A stretch of DNA of 64,000 bases from Acidimicrobiia bacterium (lineage in GTDB: Bacteria; Actinomycetota; Acidimicrobiia; IMCC26256; PALSA-610), in assembly GCA_038209365.1 (NCBI GenBank), contig JBBQXS010000017.1, positions 7,111 through 71,110 of the forward strand, in the 5' to 3' direction. Each line of letters opens with the position of its first letter. Position 1 is the stretch's first letter. Position numbers and translations under genes: made by a program. Under the pieces are notes generated by a model. It was not told where the DNA came from and searched no databases. It saw only the letters and a program-made list of their open reading frames with translations. Shown piece after piece: positions 33,352 through 43,160 of the stretch.

Positions 33352-33677
33352 TCGTCGATGAGCAGCACGCGACGCAGCACGTCGACCACCGTTGCGTTGA
33401 TCGTGTGCTGGGCGCCGCCGAGACGGGCGCGCACCTCGACGGCCCGGCCCTTTGCCTCCTGCTGCAATCGAACCAACGCGCTCACTCCGGCGGAATCGAC
33501 GAACGAGACGTCGCGTAGGTCGATGATGAGATCGCGCGTCTTGTCGGGAAGATTGGCGAGCGCATTCGCGGCAAGCGCAGGGCTGGAGAACACGTCGAGC
33601 ACGCCACGGACCCGGGCAAGCCGATCGCCGTCTACGGAATCATCGACGTCGATGCGGATCTCGTGGTCAACCATCAT
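33348..33677 (-). CDS. STAS-domain anti-sigma-factor antagonist-like protein
   Basis: LIIDLRDVSFVDSAGVSALVRL is typical of SpoIIAA/RsbV. Start set at the MM at 33677. Confidence 0.75.
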   Translation of the reverse strand: MMVDHEIRIDVDDSVDGDRLARVRGVLDVFSSPALAANALANLPDKTRDLIIDLRDVSFVDSAGVSALVRLQQEAKGRAVEVRARLGGAQHTINATVVDVLRRVLLIDD

Positions 33678-33822
33678 CCCTGTTCCTAGCCCCCGATCGA
33701 CCTGGAAAGCAATGGCACACCGCCTGTTGCCGGCGGGCCCCCGGGGCGGGACCGGACGAACTGCGCGCGATACGGCAGACAGCGGCACGGCGCCTACCGG
33801 TCGACAAACCTCGGATTGCGCA

Positions 33823-36633
33823 TCAGCCGCGCCGCGCCAGCGAGCGCAGGGTGTACGGCAAGATGCCGCCTTGGAGGAACACGTCGCGCTCGAAAGGGGT
33901 GTCGATGCGGGCGCGCATCCGGAACTCGTGCTCGTCGGCGCGCACTGTCACTTCGCGAGGGAGCGGACCTTCGTCGGCGAGCGCTTCGAGGCCGTCGATG
34001 CGGAACACCTCGCGCCCGTTGAGACCGAGCGTCGCCACCGAGGCACCGTCGAGAAACTCGAGCGGGAGTACTCCCATCCCCACGAGGTTCGATCGATGGA
34101 TGCGCTCGAAGCTCTCAACCAGCACGGCGCGAATCCCGAGGAGCTGCGATCCTTTCGCGGCCCAATCGCGCGACGAGCCCGAGCCGTACTCCTTGCCGGC
34201 GAGGACGACGAGCGGCACCCCGTCCGAGGCGTAGCGCATCGACGCGTCGAAGATCGTCGCCTGCTCGCCGTCCGGGAGGTGGAGTGTGAACCCGCCTTCG
34301 GTGCCGGGCGCGAGCCGGTTGCGGAGGCGCACGTTCGCGAACGTGCCGCGCATCATCACCTCGTGGTTCCCGCGACGCGCGCCGTAGGAGTTGAAGTCGC
34401 GCGGCTCGACACCGTGGTCCACCAGCCAGCGCCCGGCCGGACTGTCGGGCCGGATCGACCCCGCGGGTGAGATGTGATCGGTGGTGACGCTGTCACCCAG
34501 CAATGCCAGCACCCGTGCACCGTCCACGTCGTGCAGCGGCGCGGGGTCGGGACCGATGCCTTCCAGGAACGGCGGGCGGCGAATGTACGTCGAGGTCGCG
34601 TCCCAGGCATAGCGATCGCCGGTCGGCGCGTCGAGCGCGCGCCACCGTTCGTCACCATCGAGAATCGTCGCGTAGCTCGAACGGAACATCTCGGTATCGA
34701 GCACCGATGTGACGACGCTCGAGATCTCGTCCTCGGAGGGCCAGACATCGCGCAGGAACACCGGCGCACCCTTCTCGTCGTATCCGAGCGGCTCGGACAC
34801 CAGGTCCACATCCATGGAACCGGCCAGCGCATACGCGACGACGAGCGGCGGTGACGCGAGGTAGTTCATGCGGCAGTCGGGATGGATCCGGCCCTCGAAG
34901 TTGCGATTGCCCGACAGCACGGACGCGACGGAGAGGTCGCCGTTCGTGATCGCCTCGGAGATCTCGGGAGCCAGCGGGCCGGAGTTGCCGATGCACGTGG
35001 TGCATCCGTAGCCGACGACGTCGAATCCGAGCTTGGCGAGCGGCGCCATCAGGTTCGACCGTTCGTAGTACTCGGTGACCACGAGCGATCCCGGCGCGAG
35101 CGACGTCTTCACCCACGGCGGCACGACCAGACCGCGCTCGACCGCGTTACGGGCGAGCAAACCGGCCGCGATCATCACCGACGGGTTCGACGTGTTCGTG
35201 CACGACGTGATCGCGGCGATGACGACGTGCCCATCGCTGAGCTCGAACGATCGTCCGTCGCCAAGCGTCAGCGGACAGTGGCGTCGCACGACGAGTACCG
35301 GCCGCTCGGCCGCGCCGACGCGCGGCTGCTCGAACTGCTCGGCATTCGGGTCGAGCGCGGGCGGGTCGCTCGCGGGGAACGACTCGAGCGACGCCTCGTC
35401 GGTGCTCGCCGCCGCGACCCCGACCGCTCGCTCTTCGTTCTCGCGACGAAACGCGAGCAGTGCCTGCTCGAACTCGAACTTCGCCCGCGACAACGAGACG
35501 CGGTCTTGCGGGCGCGCCGGCCCCGCGAGTGACGGTTCGACGCTGGAGAGATCGAGCGCGAGCGTCTCGTCGTAGACGGGCACGGCGCCGGGCTCGTGCC
35601 ACAGACCTTGCTCCTTCGCATAGGTCTCGACGAGCGCCACCAGGTCGTCGGGTCGCCCGGTCGCGCGGAGGTACCGGAGCGTCTCGTCGTCGATCGGAAA
35701 GATCGTGCACGTCGAGCCGTACTCCGGCGACATGTTGCCGATCGTCGCGCGGTTCTCGAGCGGGACTCGCGCGACACCCTCGCCGTAGAACTCGACGAAT
35801 TTGCCGACCACACCGTGGTGGCGCAGCAGCTCGGCGACCGTGAGCACGAGGTCCGTGGCGGTCGAACCGGCCGGCAGCGCGCCGACGAGCTCTATGCCGA
35901 CGACGCGCGGCAGCAGCATCGACAGAGGCTGGCCGAGCATCGCCGCCTCGGCCTCGATACCGCCGACGCCCCACCCGAGGACGCCGAGGCCGTTGACCAT
36001 CGGGGTGTGAGAGTCGGTGCCGACGAGCGTGTCGGGATACGCGACGCCGTCGTCGCCCCGGAACACGACCTGGGCGAGATACTCGAGGTTGACCTGGTGA
36101 CATATCCCGCGGTTCGGAGGGAAGACGCGTAACGTGCGGAACGCCGACTGCGCCCAGCGAAGGAACGTGTATCGCTCGCGATTGCGCGAGAACTCCAGCT
36201 CGGCGTTGCGGGCGAACGCGTCCGGCACGCCGGCAACGTCGGCGATGATCGAGTGATCGATGACCAGATCGACGGGGATTCCCGGCTCCACGGCCCGAGG
36301 GTCACCGCCCAACGCGATCATGGCGTCGCGCATCGCGGCAAGGTCCACGATGGCCGGGACACCGGTGAAATCCTGCATCAAGACACGTGCCGGCATGAAT
36401 TGCAGCTCGCGATGGCCCGCTTCCTCGGCCGCTCGCGAGCGGTCGGCCAGCGCACCGATGTCGTCCGCGGTGACGTTGAGTCCGTCCTCGTGCCGAAGCA
36501 GGTTCTCGAGGAGGATGCGGAGCGAATACGGCAGCCGGCGCGGGTTGTCGAGCACCGCATCGAGTCGAAATACCTCGTACTCACGGTCTCCGACGGAGAG
36601 CCGCGCCTTGGCGCCGAAGCTGTCTGTCGTCAC
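33823..36633 (-). CDS. acnA: aconitate hydratase A
   Basis: 936-aa protein with aconitase signatures ([36 protein letters not shown]). Confidence 0.97.
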   Translation of the reverse strand: MTTDSFGAKARLSVGDREYEVFRLDAVLDNPRRLPYSLRILLENLLRHEDGLNVTADDIGALADRSRAAEEAGHRELQFMPARVLMQDFTGVPAIVDLAAMRDAMIALGGDPRAVEPGIPVDLVIDHSIIADVAGVPDAFARNAELEFSRNRERYTFLRWAQSAFRTLRVFPPNRGICHQVNLEYLAQVVFRGDDGVAYPDTLVGTDSHTPMVNGLGVLGWGVGGIEAEAAMLGQPLSMLLPRVVGIELVGALPAGSTATDLVLTVAELLRHHGVVGKFVEFYGEGVARVPLENRATIGNMSPEYGSTCTIFPIDDETLRYLRATGRPDDLVALVETYAKEQGLWHEPGAVPVYDETLALDLSSVEPSLAGPARPQDRVSLSRAKFEFEQALLAFRRENEERAVGVAAASTDEASLESFPASDPPALDPNAEQFEQPRVGAAERPVLVVRRHCPLTLGDGRSFELSDGHVVIAAITSCTNTSNPSVMIAAGLLARNAVERGLVVPPWVKTSLAPGSLVVTEYYERSNLMAPLAKLGFDVVGYGCTTCIGNSGPLAPEISEAITNGDLSVASVLSGNRNFEGRIHPDCRMNYLASPPLVVAYALAGSMDVDLVSEPLGYDEKGAPVFLRDVWPSEDEISSVVTSVLDTEMFRSSYATILDGDERWRALDAPTGDRYAWDATSTYIRRPPFLEGIGPDPAPLHDVDGARVLALLGDSVTTDHISPAGSIRPDSPAGRWLVDHGVEPRDFNSYGARRGNHEVMMRGTFANVRLRNRLAPGTEGGFTLHLPDGEQATIFDASMRYASDGVPLVVLAGKEYGSGSSRDWAAKGSQLLGIRAVLVESFERIHRSNLVGMGVLPLEFLDGASVATLGLNGREVFRIDGLEALADEGPLPREVTVRADEHEFRMRARIDTPFERDVFLQGGILPYTLRSLARRG

Positions 36634-36698
36634 CCCGGCAACCTACCCTTGACACCGAACCGTGCCGAGACGATCGATATTCGGTACGCTCGCGTCTC

Positions 36699-37034
36699 GT
36701 GACCACGGAGGATCCGGCGGTGGAACCCACCATCGCACTCTCCGTCGAGCACGGCGAGGCGGGGGCCGTCGTGAGCGTCGGCGGCGACCTGGAGTTCGGC
36801 ACTGCCGCGTCGTTGCGCAGCGCGCTCATCGATCTCGCACATCAGGGATGCGATCCGCTGGTCGTCGACCTGGCCGCACTGGACTTCATCGACTCGACCG
36901 GCCTGAGCCTGCTGGTGCAGGCCAAGCAGCGGATCGAGTCACAAGGTCACCGTTTCGTGCTCCGCAATCCGACCGAGCGCGTGCGACGCGTGCTCGAGAT
37001 CTCGGGTCTCGCGGAGCTGTTCACGATCGAGTAG
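36699..37034 (+). CDS. STAS-domain anti-sigma-factor antagonist (SpoIIAA/RsbV-like)
   Basis: VVDLAALDFIDSTGLSLLV with the phosphorylatable Ser/Thr context; about 110 aa. Confidence 0.85.
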   Translation: MTTEDPAVEPTIALSVEHGEAGAVVSVGGDLEFGTAASLRSALIDLAHQGCDPLVVDLAALDFIDSTGLSLLVQAKQRIESQGHRFVLRNPTERVRRVLEISGLAELFTIE

Positions 37035-37518
37035 CACCGCGGGCGCCCTCGGCTCTCCGCCACTCGTCCCACGGCGTGGGCGGCGCGCCGTCGAGTTGGT
37101 GCGCCATCTCACCGAGATACCAGCGCTGGAACGCGCGCACATCGACCGGCGTCTCGAGCGTGAGCAGCTCGCCTGATCGGCAATAGGCATCGATCTCGTC
37201 GAGGAGCGCGGCGAATGCCGGCGCGCCCCGCCCGAGTGCCACCGGCATCACGACCTCGAAGTCGATGTACTCCTCACCCCGGGCCAAGGCCTCGTCGATC
37301 GCGAGCTCGGCGCCGGTATTGAGTCCCCCGGCACGGACGCGGACGCGTTCGACGACGTGGAGCAATCGCTTCGGCAGCTCGGTGTTGTCGCCTCCTCCCT
37401 CGACGATGAACGCGAGCTCACGCACCAGCGCTTCCCCGTGCTGACGGGCTCGGTGCAACAGCTCGAGCGGGCAGCCCTGCATCGTCACCGTTCTGAGCTC
37501 GACATTGTCCGTCGTCAT
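37021..37518 (-). CDS. hypothetical protein co-oriented with the RsbW-like kinase
   Basis: Clean 165-aa ORF starting 6 nt after the kinase stop. No family recognised. Confidence 0.5.
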   Translation of the reverse strand: MTTDNVELRTVTMQGCPLELLHRARQHGEALVRELAFIVEGGGDNTELPKRLLHVVERVRVRAGGLNTGAELAIDEALARGEEYIDFEVVMPVALGRGAPAFAALLDEIDAYCRSGELLTLETPVDVRAFQRWYLGEMAHQLDGAPPTPWDEWRRAEGARGATRS

Positions 37519-37523
37519 GCCGC

Positions 37524-37922
37524 TCAACCCCCGGCCCCGACGCGGTCTTGATCGGCCGCGTCGACCTCGAACCACACGCACTTGCCGTCGCCGTTCATCT
37601 CGACGCCCCAGCGTCGGGCGATCCGGTCGACGAGCAACAGGCCGCGCCCCGTCACGGCGTCCGGGCCGTAGTCACGCAGCCGCGGCGGTGACGGACTCGA
37701 ATCACACACTGCGACCCGAAGTTGCGGCCCGTCGCGATCGATCGTCACCGTCGCCGGCGATCGAGCGTGGAGGATTGCGTTCGTGACGAGCTCGGACACG
37801 AGAAGCTCGGCATCCGCGACCGTTTCTTCGCAGCCCCACGCTCGCATTGTCCCTGCGACGAATTGCCGGGCGCGCGCCGCTGCAGTGTGGTCGGGCGCGA
37901 GCTGCAACGAGGCCACGAGCAC
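37524..37922 (-). CDS. anti-sigma regulatory factor, HATPase_c Ser/Thr kinase (RsbW/SpoIIAB-like)
   Basis: N-box ELVTNAILHA and G-box GRGLLLVD; about 130 aa. Confidence 0.8.
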   Translation of the reverse strand: MLVASLQLAPDHTAAARARQFVAGTMRAWGCEETVADAELLVSELVTNAILHARSPATVTIDRDGPQLRVAVCDSSPSPPRLRDYGPDAVTGRGLLLVDRIARRWGVEMNGDGKCVWFEVDAADQDRVGAGG

Positions 37923-38004
37923 CGATGCTACAGAGCGGAGCGAGATGCGGACAGCACGCGATCGGGACCCCTGACGCTCCTCCGACGGGCGTTACCATGC
38001 GCCC

Positions 38005-40527
38005 ATGCTCTGGCTGGGACGAGGTGGCTCACCTCGACCGCGAGCATGGTTCATCGCGGGCGCCCTCGCCAGCACCGCGGTCGCACTGGTCGATCTGGCC
38101 CGCGCCCGCGAGGTCATGCTGACGGCAGTCGTCATAGGGCCGCTGCTCGCGGCGATCGGCGCGTCCGCGGTGGGCGTGACGATCGTCGCCGTGTACGCGA
38201 TCGGGCTCGCCTTCGTGCTCGGGGCGAGGCACGAAATCTTCCTCGAGAGCGATCACATCGTCCGCGTCGTGGTGGTAATCCTTGGGGGAGGCATCGCGAT
38301 CGCTTCGGCGCGGCTGCGCCAACGACGCGACGACGAGCTCGAGATCACCCGTCCCCAGGCGGCCGACGCGCAACGGCTGCGCCTCGCCCTCGACGCCGGA
38401 AGGATGGGAACGTGGCGCTGGGACCTTCGCACCGGGCGCATCATGTGGGACGAACGGCTCGAAGCGTTGTACGGCCTGGATCCCGGCAGTTTCGACAGCT
38501 CGTTCACCATGTACGAGTCGCTCCTGCACCCCGAAGACCGCGAGATGGTGCTCGGGTCGGTCCGGAACGGCATGCAACGCAACGTGCCATGGCGCTTCGA
38601 CCATCGTGTGGTGTGGCCCGACGGCTCGGTCCACTGGCTCGAGGGTCGCGGCGAGCCGGTGCACGACCGATCGGGCGCGATCGTCGGCGCCTCCGGCGTC
38701 ACGATCAACATCGATGCGCGGCACGCGCTGCTCGACGCGGAGACGCGTGCGAGGGAAGCCGCCGAGCGATCGTCGGACACCGTGCAGAGCCTTGCGGAGA
38801 TCTCCACCGCGCTCGCCGATGCAACGACGGTCGACGAAGTCGGCGAGGTGATCGTCGACCGCGCGGTGCACACCCTGCATGCGCGATCGGGCTATTTCGC
38901 GACGGTCGACCTCCAGACCAACGAACTGGTCATGCGCGCGCAGTCGGGTTACCCCGACTGGATCGTCCGCAACTACGCGCGCGTCAGCCTCGATGCGCAA
39001 GTACCCGCCGTCGAGGCGATCCGCACGAGCGAGCCGATCTTCATCGAGTCGCCGGAACACCGGCGGAAGCGCTATCCGCAGTACGCGGACGACCCGACGC
39101 ATGACGCGTTCGTCGTGGTGCCGCTCGCACCGCTCGCCGGTGCGCAGGCCGTGCTCGCGTTCGGATTCGCGGAACCGAGACGGTTCGACGATGACGACCG
39201 AAGCTATATCGCCGCCGTCGTCGAGGCGTGTGCGCAGGCGCTCCAACGGGCAACAGCGCACGAGGCGCAACTCGCGACGCTGAGCCGGTTGCGGACACTT
39301 CTCGACAGCTCGGAACAGCTCGGCGCGCTCGACGATCCCGATCGCGTGGTGGACACGATCGTGTCGCTCGCCGCGAGACGGATCGGCGCCTGGGCGACTG
39401 TGGTCCGGATCCTGCCCGACAACACACTCAAACGAACCGCCGTCGCGCACGGCGATCCGGCGTTGACACCCCTCACCCAACAGGTGATGGAGCGGCTGCT
39501 CCCGGAAGACCATGCCTCGCTTCAGCGCGTGATCGACACCGGCGAACCGATGCTGTTCAGCGGGCTGCCGGACTTGGACGCGATCGCCGACGACGAGCTA
39601 CGCGCGAACCTCGATGCCATCGGCTGCGAGTCGTACTTGCTCGTGCCGATCACCATCGCAGGCCGCCGTCTGGCAGTGCTGTCGATCGGCGCCTCCGCAC
39701 CGAGCCGGCTGGGACCGAGTGACGTCGAGCTCGCGGTGGACCTCGGGCGACGCGGCGCGTCTGCGCTCGAACGTGCACAGCTGTGGCAGGCGAGCCAGAA
39801 GCAGCTGGAGGCGGAGCAGCGCATCGTCGAGTTATTGCAGCGAACGATCATTCCGGATCGACTGCCCGCACTTCCCGGAGTACGGGTCGCGGCCGCGTAC
39901 CGGCCCGCAGAGGTGGAAGTCGACGTCGGCGGCGACTGGTATGACGCGTTCGTCGCGCCCGACGACTCCATCGTCGTCGTCGTCGGCGATGTTGCCGGCC
40001 ACGGCGTGCAAGCCGCGAGCCTCATGGGCCGCGTTCGCAACGCGCTGCGCGCGTACGCGATCGAAGACACCGAGCCATCCTCGATCCTGATTCGCCTGCA
40101 CACGTTGCTGCGCGCGCATGACTCGTTGGAGATGGTCACCGCGTTTGTCGCGCGCTATGACCAGGTGCACAACACGATGTCGTGGTCGCGCGCCGGCCAT
40201 CCCCCGCCTTTGCTGGTCGGGCGGGGTGGTTCCGCACGCTTCCTCGACGACGTCAACGGCGCGCCGCTCGGAACGATGGTGAGCGAGTACAGGTCGGCGG
40301 TGACGCCGATGCCGCCCGGCTCGTTGCTCGTTTGCTACACGGACGGATTGATCGAGCGGCGCGACCGCATCATCGACGACGGACTGGACTGGCTGCAGCA
40401 GCGGGTTCGCGAGTACGTGGACGACGACATCGACACGCTCTGCAACAAGCTCGTCGACGACCCGTTCGTCCCGCACCCGTCGCCGGACGACATCTGCGTC
40501 CTTGCGATGCGCACGGACCCCGTGTGA
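38005..40527 (+). CDS. membrane-anchored PAS/GAF-containing PP2C (SpoIIE/RsbU-like) phosphatase
   Basis: N-terminal TM helices, PAS (GTWRWDL...WDERLEALYG), GAF segments and C-terminal GGDWYDAF...VVGDVAGHG...YTDGL. Confidence 0.88.
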   Translation: MLWLGRGGSPRPRAWFIAGALASTAVALVDLARAREVMLTAVVIGPLLAAIGASAVGVTIVAVYAIGLAFVLGARHEIFLESDHIVRVVVVILGGGIAIASARLRQRRDDELEITRPQAADAQRLRLALDAGRMGTWRWDLRTGRIMWDERLEALYGLDPGSFDSSFTMYESLLHPEDREMVLGSVRNGMQRNVPWRFDHRVVWPDGSVHWLEGRGEPVHDRSGAIVGASGVTINIDARHALLDAETRAREAAERSSDTVQSLAEISTALADATTVDEVGEVIVDRAVHTLHARSGYFATVDLQTNELVMRAQSGYPDWIVRNYARVSLDAQVPAVEAIRTSEPIFIESPEHRRKRYPQYADDPTHDAFVVVPLAPLAGAQAVLAFGFAEPRRFDDDDRSYIAAVVEACAQALQRATAHEAQLATLSRLRTLLDSSEQLGALDDPDRVVDTIVSLAARRIGAWATVVRILPDNTLKRTAVAHGDPALTPLTQQVMERLLPEDHASLQRVIDTGEPMLFSGLPDLDAIADDELRANLDAIGCESYLLVPITIAGRRLAVLSIGASAPSRLGPSDVELAVDLGRRGASALERAQLWQASQKQLEAEQRIVELLQRTIIPDRLPALPGVRVAAAYRPAEVEVDVGGDWYDAFVAPDDSIVVVVGDVAGHGVQAASLMGRVRNALRAYAIEDTEPSSILIRLHTLLRAHDSLEMVTAFVARYDQVHNTMSWSRAGHPPPLLVGRGGSARFLDDVNGAPLGTMVSEYRSAVTPMPPGSLLVCYTDGLIERRDRIIDDGLDWLQQRVREYVDDDIDTLCNKLVDDPFVPHPSPDDICVLAMRTDPV

Positions 40528-40528
40528 C

Positions 40529-41383
40529 ATGACGCACGTCGTCGCCGTCGACATCGGTGGCACGAAGCTCGCGGCGGGAGTCGTGCGCGACGACGGCGCG
40601 CTGCTCGTCCGGTGCGATGCTCCGACACCGGCAACCACGGACGCCGAGGAACTGTTCGGCGTCCTCGGTGCCGTCATCGACCAGCTCGGCGGGGCGAGAC
40701 GGGAGGCACACGCCGTCGGGGTGGGATGCGGTGGTCCGATGACCCGCGGCGGCGAGGAGGTCTCGCCCTTGAACATCCCCGCGTGGCGCGGGTTCCCGTT
40801 GCGGGCGCGCTTGGCCGAGCGGCAGGGTCTGGCGGTCTTCGTCGACAACGACGCCAAGGCGCTCGCACTCGGCGAAGGATGGACGGGTGCCGCCCGCGGT
40901 GTCGACGACTATCTCGGCATGGTCGTATCGACGGGTGTGGGCGGCGGCATCGTGTCCGGCGGTCGTCTCCTCGACGGCGCGCTCGGCAACGCCGGCCACA
41001 TCGGCCACGTGATCGTCGAACCCGAAGGACGAACGTGTGTGTGCGGCGCGCGCGGCTGCTTGGAGGCGGAGGCATCGGGGTCCGCGATCGCGAAGATCAC
41101 GGGACAGCATCCACGCGATGCGCCCGCGCCACTGATCGCACGGACGGGCGCGCTCGTCGGGCGCGCGATCGCGTCGACGGCAAATCTCCTCGACATGCGC
41201 CTCGCGGTCGTGAGCGGTTCGGTCGCCCTCGGCTTCGGCGCACCGTTCTTCGCCGCCGCGCAGGCCGAGATCGACGCGTGCGCGTGCCTCCACTTCTCGC
41301 GCGGCACGCGCGTTGTCCCCGGCGCACTGGGCGCCGACGGTCCGTTGATCGGTGCCGCGCGGGTCGCGCTCAGGCAGATGTGA
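40529..41383 (+). CDS. ROK-family sugar kinase (glucokinase-like)
   Basis: VAVDIGGTKLA, VDNDAKALALGE, GVGGGIV, and GHIGH...CVCGARGCLE zinc motif. Confidence 0.88.
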   Translation: MTHVVAVDIGGTKLAAGVVRDDGALLVRCDAPTPATTDAEELFGVLGAVIDQLGGARREAHAVGVGCGGPMTRGGEEVSPLNIPAWRGFPLRARLAERQGLAVFVDNDAKALALGEGWTGAARGVDDYLGMVVSTGVGGGIVSGGRLLDGALGNAGHIGHVIVEPEGRTCVCGARGCLEAEASGSAIAKITGQHPRDAPAPLIARTGALVGRAIASTANLLDMRLAVVSGSVALGFGAPFFAAAQAEIDACACLHFSRGTRVVPGALGADGPLIGAARVALRQM

Positions 41384-42233
41384 ACCTGCCGCCGTCGATG
41401 ACGACGACGCCGTTCTGGTTGACCGTTTGGAAGATCGCCTTGCCCTTGCCGTCGTCCCACATGCGCACGGTGAGCGTGTCGCCCGGCATCACGGGCTTGG
41501 AGAAGCGCGCGTCCATCGAGCCGAACTTTGCGACATCGGAGCCGCAAAGCTCGTGCAGCAGGGCGCGTCCGGTGAAGCCGTACGTGCACAGGCCGTGGAG
41601 GATCGGCTTCTCGAAGCCTGCGAACTTCGCGATCTCGGGATCGGAGTGCAGCGGGTTGCGGTCGCCGTTCAGCCGGTACAGCAATGCCTGGTCGGCGCGC
41701 GTGGCGTAGGTGACCTCGTGGTCGGGATCTCGATCCGGCATCTTCGGCGGGTCGGGGATCTCCGGCCCTCGGTTCTCGCCGAAGCCGCCCTCGCCCCGAA
41801 TGAACGCGGCGAAGCGCGTGGTGAACGCAGGCTTTCCGCTGCCGGTGTACGTCGCCTCGTTCTCGAGCCGCACGACCGCCGCCTTGCCCTTGTCGTAGAT
41901 GCCGACGATCTTGCTGACCGTCTCGACCTCTCCTTCGGGCGGGATGGGGCCGTGCAAGGTCACGCCCTGCTCGCCGTGCAGCAACATGCGGAAGTCGAAC
42001 TCACCCCAGCTCGGCAGTCCCGGACCGCCGCCCATCGCAATGACGACGGGCATCGTCGGCAGCACCCGCTGGGTGATGTTCTGCGAGTTCTCGGTCGTGA
42101 ACTCGAGCTCGAAGCCGGTCGGGTCGACCTGTCCGGCGCCTACGCCGAGCGCGTAGAGCAACGCATCCTTCGAGGTCCATGAGCTCTTCCCGGGCTGGGA
42201 CACCGCGCCCACTGCGTCCAGATTCATCGGCAT
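41370..42233 (-). CDS. MaoC-like double hot-dog (R)-specific enoyl-CoA hydratase
   Basis: YRLNGDRNPLHSDPEIA hydratase motif in the C-terminal half, with a degenerate N-terminal hot-dog. Confidence 0.85.
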   Translation of the reverse strand: MPMNLDAVGAVSQPGKSSWTSKDALLYALGVGAGQVDPTGFELEFTTENSQNITQRVLPTMPVVIAMGGGPGLPSWGEFDFRMLLHGEQGVTLHGPIPPEGEVETVSKIVGIYDKGKAAVVRLENEATYTGSGKPAFTTRFAAFIRGEGGFGENRGPEIPDPPKMPDRDPDHEVTYATRADQALLYRLNGDRNPLHSDPEIAKFAGFEKPILHGLCTYGFTGRALLHELCGSDVAKFGSMDARFSKPVMPGDTLTVRMWDDGKGKAIFQTVNQNGVVVIDGGRFTSA

Positions 42234-42250
42234 GTCGTGATTCTCCTCAC

Positions 42251-43147
42251 TTAGGAAAGCATGTTGGACGGTTCGGCGGCCTTGGCGACCAGGTCGGGAA
42301 TCACCTTCGTCAGCTGCGCGGGTTCCCAGCGCATGCCGTCGTTCCGTGCGGTCGGACCACGCCGCCAGCCTTCCGCAACGGACACGCGGTCGCCGTCGAC
42401 GAGGAACACGCGGCCGTTCACGTTCTCGTTCTCGTTCGACCCCAGCCACACGACCAGCGGAGAGATGTTCGCGGGATCGAGTGCGTCGAAGGTGCCCTCC
42501 TTCGCGGGGCCCATGCCGAGGTTCTCGGTCATCCGTGTGCGTGCAACCGGCGCGATCGCGTTTGCTGCGACGCCGTAGCGGTTCAGCTCGAGGCCACAGA
42601 TGATCGTGAACGCGGCGATCCCCGCCTTGGCCGCGCCGTAGTTGGTCTGTCCGGCGTTGCCGAACACCCCCGACGGCGACGACGTGTTGACCACCCGTGC
42701 TTGGATCGGCGTCCCCGCCTTGGCCTGGTCGCGCCAGTACGCGGCTGCGTGCCTGGTCGGCGCGAACGCCCCCTTGAGGTGCACGCCGATCACGGCGTCC
42801 CACTCGCCCTCCTCCATGTTCACGAGCATGCGGTCGCGAAGGATGCCGGCGTTGTTGACGAGCGTGTCGAGGTGCCCGAACGTGTCGATCGCGCGCTGCA
42901 CCATACGGCCCGCGCCGGCGAAGTCGGCGACGTTCTCGCCATCGGCGACGGCCTCACCGCCCATCGCCTTGATCTCCTCGACGACCTCCATGGCGGGGCT
43001 GAGCGACCCGCCCTCGCCGTGCATGTCGCCGCCGAGATCGTTCACCACGACCTTGGCGCCCTCGGCCGCGAACGCCAATGCGTGTTCACGACCGATCCCG
43101 CGTCCCGAGCCCGTCACGATGACCACCCGGCCGTCGCAGATCCCCAT
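42251..43147 (-). CDS. short-chain dehydrogenase/reductase
   Basis: VTGSGRGIG, NNAG, and YGAAK catalytic motif. Confidence 0.88.
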   Translation of the reverse strand: MGICDGRVVIVTGSGRGIGREHALAFAAEGAKVVVNDLGGDMHGEGGSLSPAMEVVEEIKAMGGEAVADGENVADFAGAGRMVQRAIDTFGHLDTLVNNAGILRDRMLVNMEEGEWDAVIGVHLKGAFAPTRHAAAYWRDQAKAGTPIQARVVNTSSPSGVFGNAGQTNYGAAKAGIAAFTIICGLELNRYGVAANAIAPVARTRMTENLGMGPAKEGTFDALDPANISPLVVWLGSNENENVNGRVFLVDGDRVSVAEGWRRGPTARNDGMRWEPAQLTKVIPDLVAKAAEPSNMLS

Positions 43148-43160
43148 TGAATTCCTTCCC

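Noticed and set aside
36640-36698. TTGACA hexamer (36646-36651) as a promoter for the STAS gene.
   Set aside because: No acceptable -10 (TAnnnT) lies at 16-19 nt spacing; the nearest TATTCG is 23 nt away. This is not supportable by eye.
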